Source of the DNA: Podarcis vaucheri
Taxonomy: Eukaryota
Reading direction: 5' to 3' (one strand)
Length of the DNA: 64,000 nucleotides
Assembly: GCA_965113315.1 (NCBI GenBank)
Contig: OZ220367.1
Made by a program: the position numbers and the translations under genes. Below the pieces are notes generated by a model, which was not told where the DNA came from, searched no databases, and saw only the letters and a program-made list of their open reading frames with translations. Within the stretch, counting starts at the first letter, position 1, and each line of letters starts with the position of its first letter. Below are positions 37,317 through 47,422 of the stretch, one piece after another.

Positions 37317-38450
37317 AACCCAGCGCACATATTCTCGAAGCCCCGATGGTCTCAATTAGAGAGCAATACTTGCTCTAATGGATTGGGCTTTTCTCACAGC
37401 AGCTGCAGACATGTAGCCGTTTTCTTGTATAATAGTTCATCAAATAAGTGCCACTTAACAAGCCAATGGAGTGCATAGATAGAGTCTGCTGAGCACTTCC
37501 AAGTCCATTCAGCTAAGAGGCGGAGTGTGTCTGTATGCAGCATCATTGTGATTACGGCCAGAGGTGGCCGGCAGCGACTCAGTTAACCAAGCTGGCCGCA
37601 TTACTTCTTCCCTTTCCAAGATGTGATGCTGCTCTGGCTGGCAAGGCACAGGCAACGGGAACAGGGAGAGCCAGGGATACAGTGCGCCGATGAATAATCA
37701 CAGGAGACATGCTCAGACACATGGCTACGACAGAAGACAAGGCGAACCTGAATCAGACAATGACGAGCTGACCTGCTGGTCTGCAGCCCAGTCCTGGAAG
37801 CCCCCAGCCACTCTTTGCCACGCAACACAATCCTGCTTCTCAGTAAACTGCCAGGAGAAACATGAGCACAACATTAATGATGATGAGAAAGAGCAGAATG
37901 ACAAAGACCACCACGCGCTGCGTTTCCGGGTTCATGTTGCACCGGAGGAATGTGTGAAGCGCACTCCATTTGTGCCTGCTCTGGTTCGACCCCTTCGCCA
38001 TGTCTGGGATTGGCCTCAGCCCCTCGAAAAACAGCGTCTTAGCAGGTTAGCAGCAGCGCTGTTTCCGGAAGAAAGCATGAGGGGAGGCAGGGGAGGGGGC
38101 TACAAACAATAGAGGCATTTCTGCAGCTGTCAGGAAGCAAAACCTGATCAATTCGGTACAGCCATTATTATGATCGGCTTCCGAGCATAATACACGCACA
38201 TGCAAGTACATCCTCTTCCCCCAAGCAATCCTCCTTATCTGGTTTTTGTTTTTTGTTTTATCTCAGCAAAGCACCAGCTTCCCACTTCATCTTCAGCAAA
38301 GTAACTGCCTCCATAAGCATTAGCTGAGTGAAGCTCCTATAGGAAGAGGGCTGCGTGTGCTGGAGCCCAGAGATCTCAGCGGCGATACTGGCTTTCTAAA
38401 GAGCTAGTCAGCTATTTGCTAAGCGCTGTAGCTAGGATACATGCAAGCCC
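37317..38450 (-). promoter_or_regulatory. Putative internal promoter / alternative first exon of ARHGEF4 carrying SMIM39
   Basis: Locally CpG-enriched and repeat-free. Contains the SMIM39 ORF and short ORFs, and ends at a GTT|GTGAGT donor (37316). The transcription start is not determinable from sequence. Confidence 0.5.
37840..38001 (-). CDS. SMIM39: Small integral membrane protein 39-like, 53 aa: MAKGSNQSRHKWSALHTFLRCNMNPETQRVVVFVILLFLIIINVVLMFLLAVY*
   Basis: Strong Kozak gacATGG, basic N-terminus and a ~23-residue hydrophobic C-terminal helix. LRCN..P..QRVVV...INVVL.FLLA matches the recalled human SMIM39, which also lies inside ARHGEF4. Below the ORF-track size cut-off. Confidence 0.85.
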   Translation of the reverse strand: MAKGSNQSRHKWSALHTFLRCNMNPETQRVVVFVILLFLIIINVVLMFLLAVY

Positions 38451-40556
38451 TAGCAACGGGGGAGAGCGGGGAGGGCAGCGAGGAAAATGTGGGTCTTTCA
38501 AGGAGGGTTACAGAAGTGGAGGCAAAAAAACCAAAGGCAGCTGTGTTGGAACCCTCCAAAATGCACAGCTCTGAAGTATCTTTATTAAGATCAGCCAAAA
38601 TGTTGCCAAATAGGGCGAAGCTTTTGAGTTCTTCAGAATTCTTTATCAAGCTAGGCACTGCCCAAGCAGGGGTTGGGGAAGAGGAGGGGAAGGCATGGGT
38701 ACAAAAATCCGGTTAGCTGTTGAAGCCTGAAGGTCTGCATTCAGACTCAGTCTGCAGATGGAGACTTTAACTGAATTAGTCTCTACAAGATATCTAGGAT
38801 TGAAAGATGAAGAGGCAATAGCCCAATTTTGAAAACAATTTTGATGCTGTTAATCAAATGTGGCATTCGTTAAAAAAAATACAGCTATGAGCTGAGTAGG
38901 CAAAAATAAATTAACAAAATTAATAAGATTAATGCAGGTGCTTCTTCAGATATTGCGTAACGGCAATAGCAGTAGACAGAAAAGGAAATACAAATTGTAA
39001 GTGTAGATAACTTAATTCTTCAGCAATGGAAAAAAGGAAAAACTTGGCCAGCCTTGGGTAGTGAAAAAGCAAAGGCAGCCACTTGCATCCAGAAAAAAAG
39101 CCTCCATGATTGTTACAAAATAACAAGCAAGCTTTCCCGGGGTCCAGAACTCTTAATGAGGCTGGAAGCTATACAAAGGAGAGTTGCAGGGGAAGGGAAC
39201 AAAAAGAGAGCAAAAATAGGCTGGTATGTAGTCAAAAGATCTTCGTTTAGACCCAATTTCAAGATGGAATTTGCATATTGTCTCTTTAAATAGACACATC
39301 AGTTTCAGCAAACTATTCTAAAACTGATTTTCAATCATCATGTAAAATATACAAAAACATCTATGTTCTGTATACTCTGAATGAGAAGTTTCCTATGATC
39401 GGAAATAGGAATTGACCTCGTTCAGATCTATTTATTATTATTCTTTAATTAATTAATTTATATACTGCCCTCCATCCAAAGTTCTCAGGTGCTTTCAACA
39501 TTTTTGAAATCTAGAGATTCACTATGATTTTTAGCAAATAATTCACACAGCTACTCAGAAAAATGTGGGAGGACAGATGCACTCTTCCCACAAACACACC
39601 ATGCTAATAGCAACCAGGTCTACTTAATCATCTATCACAAGCATGTATGGCAGGAAGCAAAACCACAGTTTGTGCACGATTTAATTATGCAGATAACCCA
39701 TTGTCTTAAGTTATAATGTTATACACTAACTTGGTAACTTCTGATTCAATGGCAGTGTATATGCTTTAAATACAGTAAATAAAAAGAATAATACTGTAAT
39801 ACAGAAACAGGTGGGGGAGGCAGGTGGACACACAATGGTTCCTTAATCTACACTGGGATGTTTTTCAAATGTTAGTACTTGAGAGACCAGTTCTGTTCCT
39901 GAACAATTTGTCTGGCCTGATTGGCCTCTTCTCTCCCTTGCTAACATAATTTACTTTTTGCCCATAAATCTTTGAAAGTCCTCACCAAAGTTATCTATAT
40001 TTGTGAATTGACACAAAAGAGTGGATTTGGAAGACATAGAGTCAACACAAGCATCCTGTTTGACTTGAGTTCCTGGTCAGATTGTGGGAGAGAATGCATA
40101 TTCCACATTTTATTTTTAAGACTTTGTACGAAAGACTCCAAGCCACTCAGGAGACAGGCGCTGGACCATGGTCTGATTGAGGGAGATTTCCATTTGGTAT
40201 TAAACAAACAGACTACCATATCTGATTTAGGGACTTAGCACAAACATGTAGGCAGGCAGGCAGGCTTAGTATGCAAACTCCCACCACCGCCCCAGCTTAG
40301 ATTGTTATCTCCCTTGTGTCTAGGAAAGGCTAAATGTTATAAAAGCAAAAGTATTACCAGTTTTTCACAGAGAGATCAACATTTCAACAAAAGACTCATG
40401 CAACCATCTTAAGCTGGCAACAGTACATGCTCAGGATGTGAAGTTTGACTTTTTGCACTGTGCAGTCATATTCGTCGAAAACTTTATGGTAGTACGGCAA
40501 ACACAGAATCAATGGCACTGCCACTTTATCAGGAAAGAAAAAAGTCAAACCATACC

Positions 40557-40879
40557 CACTGGCGGAGGAACGGGGAGCAGGGGGGAGCGCACCGCCTCCG
40601 GCACCATCAGGGAGGTGGGCACCATCGCAGCCGCCCCCCGACACACACCTCGCACCCCCCCACTGTGCAGGGCGCCATGCCCCCTCAGGTAGCGCGCCAC
40701 ACCCCTCGGGAGCATGTCACGCCCCCATGGGTGGCATGCCACACCCCCGGGACGCACACCACGGCCCCACAGGTGGCATGCCATGCCCTGGGATGCACGC
40801 CACACCCCACAGGGCACGTGCCAGCCATGCCCCCGCCTGCTCTCTGCTCCCAGTGCCGGAGCATGCAGCTTCGCCACTG
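40557..40879. mobile_element. GC-rich hAT-type MITE with internal degenerate tandem repeats
   Basis: TIRs CACTGGCGGAG / CTTCGCCACTG; 8-bp duplication ACCATACC / AGCATACC; repeated GGTGGCATGCCACACCCC-like units. Confidence 0.8.
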
Positions 40880-41134
40880 AGCATACCAGTTCAACCAACA
40901 TTCCTGTAAGTTCATTAAGCTGTAGCCTTTTTCCATTGTTGTTCTGCACAAAAAGAAAGCATCTATTCAGAATGCAGCTTCGCAGCTGCAGGTTCTTCCC
41001 AAAATGATGTGTCTTTAATGCAACATCTAATTGAAATAAACATGTCAAAATGCCACCTTTCTGCATGTATTCTTTGTACATGGAACCGTGTCTGAAAGGA
41101 GCTTGTATAACACCTGTAGCCTTGTGAAACATTG

Positions 41135-41730
41135 CCCATAAGCCGGAATAGTAGAGTTTTCAGCAGGCATTTAAAGTATGAAACAGATGGTGCCTGCTGC
41201 ATTGCTATTGGCAGAGTATTCCACAGGATTGGGCTCATGATACTAAAGGCTCCATTTCTTGTTGATGTCAGATGAGCCTCGCCAGCTCAGCAGAGAACAA
41301 ACAACACTCTTGTAGAAGATCACAGTGATGAAGCTGGGATATAAGGGTTCAGGCTGTTCCTAAAGTAACCTGCACCAAAGTCGTTCATGATGCTGTAAAT
41401 TAACACAGTGATTAGAAACTGGCTCTGAGGTAGCTGAGCACCCTTTGCAATTGACTAGATAAAGAGTTTTTAACAGTAGTGTCACATGTTGTCAGCTATG
41501 TGTCCCCATCAGCAGTCTGGCTGCCGAATTCTGCACCAGCTGGAGATTCCAAACCAGGCCCAAGGGCAGACTCACATAAAGCGCATTGCAGCAATCCAGA
41601 CTTGAGGTTACCAAAGCAGCACTCAGGACATTCCTGTCCCAGAACGGTCAAATATAGCAAATCAGATAAAGCTGGTAAAAGGCACTCCTACCAAGCTGAA
41701 CTACAAGACATATGGCTAGTGGTCACATTT
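41135..41730 (-). mobile_element. L2 LINE ORF2 3' fragment (degenerate)
   Basis: PILWNTLPIAMQQAPSVSYFKCLLKTLLF is the typical L2 ORF2 C-terminal motif. Confidence 0.75.
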
Positions 41731-44371
41731 ACAAAGACCACCACACAGAAGGAAGTTGTTTGTTTGTTTGTTTTTTGCTTGATTCATCTACGAAAAGGCT
41801 GCTTGGTATCTCATCACTTGAACTTCACCTGAGTATGTGAAATGGTGTGAAGATGATATGGGGCAATATGAAAGCTCTGCCTGGGGTGTTGGGCTGGTGA
41901 CAGCCATTTCACACGTGCACATCATCAAGATTTTATTTCGTGCTAATTTTATGTTTGCATTTTTTTGTGAACTGAGTGTACTCCATGTTTAGCTCTCTCC
42001 TTTTTGTTGAAAATTGAATTAGAATACTTTCAATACATACACAAATGTTCAACATGCTCATGTGAATGCACACTTTTATTTGCAGGTATTTTAATTCCAG
42101 GAGGAAGTCCTCTGGAAATTGTCTCATTACATATGTAGGAAATGTATGTATATGTATATTGCGTGAATGTGGTACAGCAATTAAAGCATCAGACTTTAAC
42201 CAAGGAGAATGAGATTCAACTCCTTATTCAGCCATTAAGTTCACCAGGTGACCCTGGGTCAATCTCTCTCTCAGTATAAACATCCTTACAAGGTTGTTGT
42301 GACAATAAAATGGAGCAGAGTGAATAACCTTATATACCACACTGAGTCGCTTGGATGAAGGGTATGATGGAAATTTGAATCATGGTGAAGACTATGGGTC
42401 ATACTCCATGCAGCTCCATGAGCAGAAGACTTCCAAACACACAATGGAGTTTTCTCTCCCTCTCCTGCATGTTCCAGGCATCCCCACCCCAAATAAAAAC
42501 AGCTTCAGAGGTTTGGGGGATGTTCCAGAGCAGATGTGGGGAGCATGTGGGGGGGGGGAGAGATGGAAAGAGAAGTGCTGCTGCACCAGAAGAACTATGC
42601 ATGTGAAGCATTGGGAACAATTGCTGTCCCTAGCTGATTTTGATGCTGGTTTTATAGATTTAATATTTCTTACGTAACCTGTTTTAGACAATGAACTGAT
42701 ATCAAAAATCAAATGCAACAGCTACCCACCACCAAAAGTCTGACAGAACAATGGTGACAGGCCCTTGCTGGAGACAACACTCCATAATGACTGAAGCAAA
42801 TGCCTTGTCTCTCATGATCACCTGCCAAATTTGTGTTAGTGGGGCTGTTGTAGCCTTGGGGGGGTAGTCATTACCAGCTGATTATTTAGAGGAGATGCAT
42901 TGCTATTTATATTATAATATTTTTTTCTAAATTTGCATCCATATGTACAAATGAGAATATGCAAATTGGCACTCTGTTGTATCCTCATTTTCAGTGATGG
43001 CTTTCCTTTTTTTTGTGGTGATGGGAAGTGGCCATTCTCTTTGTCTCTAGTGGGCTTCAGCAGAAAGCTGGGTGGAGAAGGAGGTGAAAGAAAAGGGGGA
43101 GATTTAGGGAAGACTGAAAGGGAAAAAGAAACAGAAATAAACAAAAGTTGAATTAAAAAATAGATTGCTTGCATCCAGGCCTTGCCAGCTGTGTCCTTTT
43201 CAGGAACAAGATACAAAAAGGGCCTCACACAGGAAGAAACACATGGAACTTTAAGGCAATCTTGTCCCATAAAGTTTATAAGTAGCAGCACCTTAAACTG
43301 GCCCTGAATAGAATAGTACAGAATAACTGCAAATGTTATTGGGATTATGTGCTCTATCTCACCAGGACCTGGCTGCTACATTTTGGACTACAGTAATCTA
43401 AACACTTTGCAGTGTCAGGCTTACATAGAGAACATTTCAATATGAGCTGGAAATTCTCAAGGAATGAATTACTGTGCCCAGGTCAGTCGTATCCAGAAAA
43501 AATACAAGATTCATAAGGACATGTGTCTATGTTAAAGATCAAGGACGAGTAAGATTATCCACAGTGAGATCTTTAACAATACTGAATAATTTAAGCAGGC
43601 ATCTGAGCAAAAGGGGCCTTACCACAGACTTTACCAACCAGGTACCATCCAGATATTTTGGACTACTGGCTGGGCCAATAGCCCAAAACTTCTGTAGGGC
43701 ACAAGGTTGGCAAAGACTGCCTCCATGCATAATCAACTGTGTGCTGCTTTCATGAACTGAATTGTGCCCTAAATCACCACATGCTTTTGTGCCAGATTAT
43801 TTGCCATCTTTATTGCGGCGTTGCTCTATAGTGCGTGAGCCTGTAAAGATATGTGCAATCTATTAGCTGGGATAAGCAAAACAGCCTGCTCTCCAGTGAA
43901 TGCAGTTCAGTGTTATACTGGGTTATGCCAAGTGGCTTTATCTGGGTATGAAAAATTAATAACACTAATAAATCTGCTTGCACAGATCAAGGAGAGAGAG
44001 AAAAGATGAAAAGCCTAACAGTAACATTAGAATTTACTTCACTGTGAAAGCAAAGTGTGGGAGCTGGTTTGGCAGTGCCAGAAAACAAACACACAATAGC
44101 CTCCTCTTTTACCCTCACAATCCAGGATAAACCAAGATAACAAGATAACTAAACATAACAGACATACAATGCTTGGCCATCACATACATATTCATTTTTT
44201 GTGTTCTTCTGTGATCTCTGGTCTAATCAGGCATGCAGGTTTTCATAGTACTTCACCCTGTACTAGGGTAGCTATGTGAAAAATAGGACAAGGCTTCTGC
44301 ATCTTACATAGTTGTGAATGAAAGTCCCTCTACTACATAAAAGTGCCGAAACACTTTCCTCTTCTGCATCT

Positions 44372-44530
44372 AAATAAAAAGATTTTCCAGTGGCACCTTA
44401 GAGACCAACTAAGTTTGTTCTGGGTATACGTTTTTGTGTGCATGCACAAGTTGGTCTCTAAGGTGCTACTGGACAGTCTTTTTATTTATTTCAACTACGT
44501 CAGACCAACCCGGCTACCTACCTGAATCTG
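44372..44530. mobile_element. Penelope-like non-autonomous palindromic element
   Basis: 25-bp inverted repeat TCCAGTGGCACCTTAGAGACCAACT / AGTTGGTCTCTAAGGTGCTACTGGA; flanking 10-bp direct repeat TTCTGCATCT (44362-44371 and 44531-44540). Confidence 0.7.
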
Positions 44531-44717
44531 TTCTGCATCTGGTCACCTGCCACCTCAGCCCCAAGCCCAGGGTGCCAGCAAAATCCAACCAGACCCTTCC
44601 AACCAGAATCTGAAAATCAGTAGGTTGCCAGCACTCCTGACTGTCAGACCTTACTGGACATTCCTGCAGATTCAGCTAGACAAAAGCTAAAAGTCCAATT
44701 GAATTCAGTCAGACTTA

Positions 44718-45080
44718 AAGTAAAGGTAAAGGTACCCCTGCCCGAACGGGCCAGTCTTGACAGACTGTGGGGTTTGTGCGCCCATCTCACATTTATTGGC
44801 CGGGGGCCAGCGCTGTCCGGGGACACTTCCGGGTCACGTGGCCAGCGTGACATCGCTGCTCTGGCGAGCCAGAGCCGCACACGGAACGCCGTTTACCTTC
44901 CCGCTGGTAAGCGGTACCTATTTATCTACTTGCACCCGGGGGTGCTTTCGAACTGCTAGGTGGGCAGGCGCTGGGACCGAACAGCGGGAGCGCACCCCGC
45001 CGCGGAGATTCGAACCGCCGACCTTTCGATCGGCAAGCCCTAGGCGTTGAGGCTTTAGCCCACAGCGCCACCCGCGTCCC
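44718..45080 (-). mobile_element. Full-length Sauria SINE, young copy
   Basis: 5' GGGACGCGGGTGGCGCTGTGG (A box), GGTTCGAATC (B box), (ACCTTT)n tail, intact CpGs, duplication AGTCAGACTTA (44707-44717 and 45082-45092). Confidence 0.93.
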
Positions 45081-46959
45081 TAGTCAGACTTACTTCCCAG
45101 TCAGACTTACTTCCCAGTAAACAGGCTGCAAGGCTCATTTGCTTTTCAAACCTAGTTTGGATTCCCATCTTTCTGAGGTGGCAAAGTTCACACACAGTGA
45201 CTTGCCACCTCATTTTTCACATAGCAAGTCATTTGTGTGAAAACAGCCGGGGGGGGGGGGAGAAATGAAACGCTACCTTGTCCGAAAAAATGCTTAAAAA
45301 CATGACAGTGTGTTAGGAAAGCTACTGTGTATGAATCGGCAGCTAAACTTTTCCTTGTCACTGAAGTACTGAGTGAGGCACTCCCCCCCCCGCAAGAACA
45401 TGGTAACAAAATACTGTAAACTTTTATTATTTTTAATATGGCAGGCACAGTTAAATGTTCAACCTCACCTGCAATCTTAAGAACATAGGAAGAGTGTGCT
45501 GGATCAGGCCAATGGTTTGCCTTCACTCCCCGGAGGCGCCTTCTACTGTCTCTTGAGACAGACGCCAACCTCTACTGGGGAGGGTTATTGTGTTCAGGCC
45601 CTCTTTTCGGGTTGGCAATGTGACAAGCAAACACTGGACAAGATTGGTCTTTGAGCTGATCCAGCAGGCCTCTTTTTAAGCTGTTGTATGGCAAACTGGT
45701 GGCAGCTGGTGTGGAAACTGTTGAGCCCAGCCCACTTTGAAGCCCTTTCAAATATCACTCAGCCTTTGCCAGAGCAGGAGTGCAGCTATTTCACTCTGGG
45801 CAGCTGGATCCACCGCCCTGCGCCCCCCCCCCTCAAAAGCCCATGCTGTGAGGCATCTAGAGAGGAGAGCTGCAATTACATGCCATTTGAAGTGATTTTA
45901 GGGGGATTTGAAGTGAAGCCCACCTTTTCTGGATTGCCTTTATTGGGAGGCTGATCAGTGAAAACATTCACAGATTTAGTTTCGGGGGTGTGGGGTGGGG
46001 GTGGGGGCAAGAAACGGGAATGGAATGGCAAGAGACCTTTCAGGTGTATCTCAGCAGGAGCTGAGGTCTAAAATGCACCATGGGAGATTACGCAGCTCAT
46101 GTAGGAGTGAAATTGTATGGACTTTCAAGAGCCGAGAAAGAAATAAAAAAGAACTAACAACAAAGGTTTGGGAGAGAATTACTTGAACAAGTTCCGAAGG
46201 GAAGAAATGCATAATGTACTTAGGAGCTTTGGGTTTCCAGCACTGCCTGAGGAAACATATTAGTGATTTTTAAAAACTTAATTTTATTTGATGGGTTAAT
46301 AGAATGTATTCAATTTAAACTTATACCTCTGGGTACAGGGCAGTATATAAATTTGATAAATAAAATAAATAATAATAATCTTATTATTACCAAAGCAGAA
46401 GTAAAAATAATAATAACTGTAAGATGCTGCACAACAAATGTGCCCTAGTTCTCCAATCTCGCAATACAAATTATGTGGTGCAGTGTGCAGCTCATACAAC
46501 CTCCTTGTAATATACTTTCCATTACAGCTGCGAGAGGGTGGGCAGGATTTCCCTCATCAAGAGGGCAAATATATATTTTGAACCCTACAGCAAAATCTGA
46601 AAGGAAGGGAGAGGTATGGTGGGTGGGTAAGGGGAAAGGAATGGCAGATGAGGAAGAGTAAAGCACCACACCCCCTTTCCCACTGCTTCTCTGCTGTAAA
46701 TTCTACTTCCATCTGAAAAGGCTCCTCTTTTTTAAAAAACCAAACAAACACTGTGACAGGTCTCTCTTGCACATGCTAAACGTGTTGTTAGCACCGGACT
46801 GAGCAACAGAGACAGTATGAATAAAGTATAGAGTCACAAGGTCAGGGCTGTGGTTCACCAACCAGATGACCTGCCAGAGGTACTGGAAATGGTGTGTGTC
46901 TATTATTGTTGTTATTATTTTATGGTTTTAATACTGTGAACCATCTTGATCCTCTGAGA

Positions 46960-47004
<45 letters not shown>
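46960..47004. repeat. (AAT)15 microsatellite
   Basis: Perfect trinucleotide run, probably a LINE tail. Confidence 0.95.
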
Positions 47005-47005
<1 letters not shown>

Positions 47006-47180
47006 TACAGGGTATATGTATATTAATCTGAAAAAATGCCTGACAAGGAAAAATCAACATGTCCACATTAATTCATATTGTACTTAATCAAACACGGTTA
47101 AAACGCTTTGCCACAATGTCTCCTCATGTAAAACAACATATCTAATTCTATTCTTATCATATTCATGAAAGATTAGAGTA

Positions 47181-47422
47181 CAGTGGTACCTCGGGTTACA
47201 TACGCTTCAGGTTACATACGCTTCAGGTTACAGACTCCGCTAACCCAGAAATAGTACCTCAGGTTAAGAACTTTGCTTCAGGATGAGAACAGAAATTGTG
47301 CTCCGGCAGCGCGGCGGCAGCAGTAGGCCCCATTAGCTAAAGCGGTGCTTCAGGTTAAGAACAGTTTCAGGTTAAGAACGGACCTCCAGAACGAATTAAG
47401 TACTTAACCCGAGGTACCACTG
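47181..47422. mobile_element. MITE family A, copy 2
   Basis: Perfect TIRs CAGTGGTACCTCGGGTTA / TAACCCGAGGTACCACTG, TA both sides, internal duplication of GGTTACATACGCTTCA. Confidence 0.93.

Noticed and set aside
37690-38112. 140-aa + strand ORF rich in charged residues
   Set aside because: In-register antisense shadow of the hydrophobic SMIM39 codons; no independent support
40512-41132. Several overlapping long ORFs on both strands
   Set aside because: Caused by the GC-rich, stop-poor MITE; likewise for 8657-9128, 19870-20238, 29537-30067, 35779-36105 and 44644-45050
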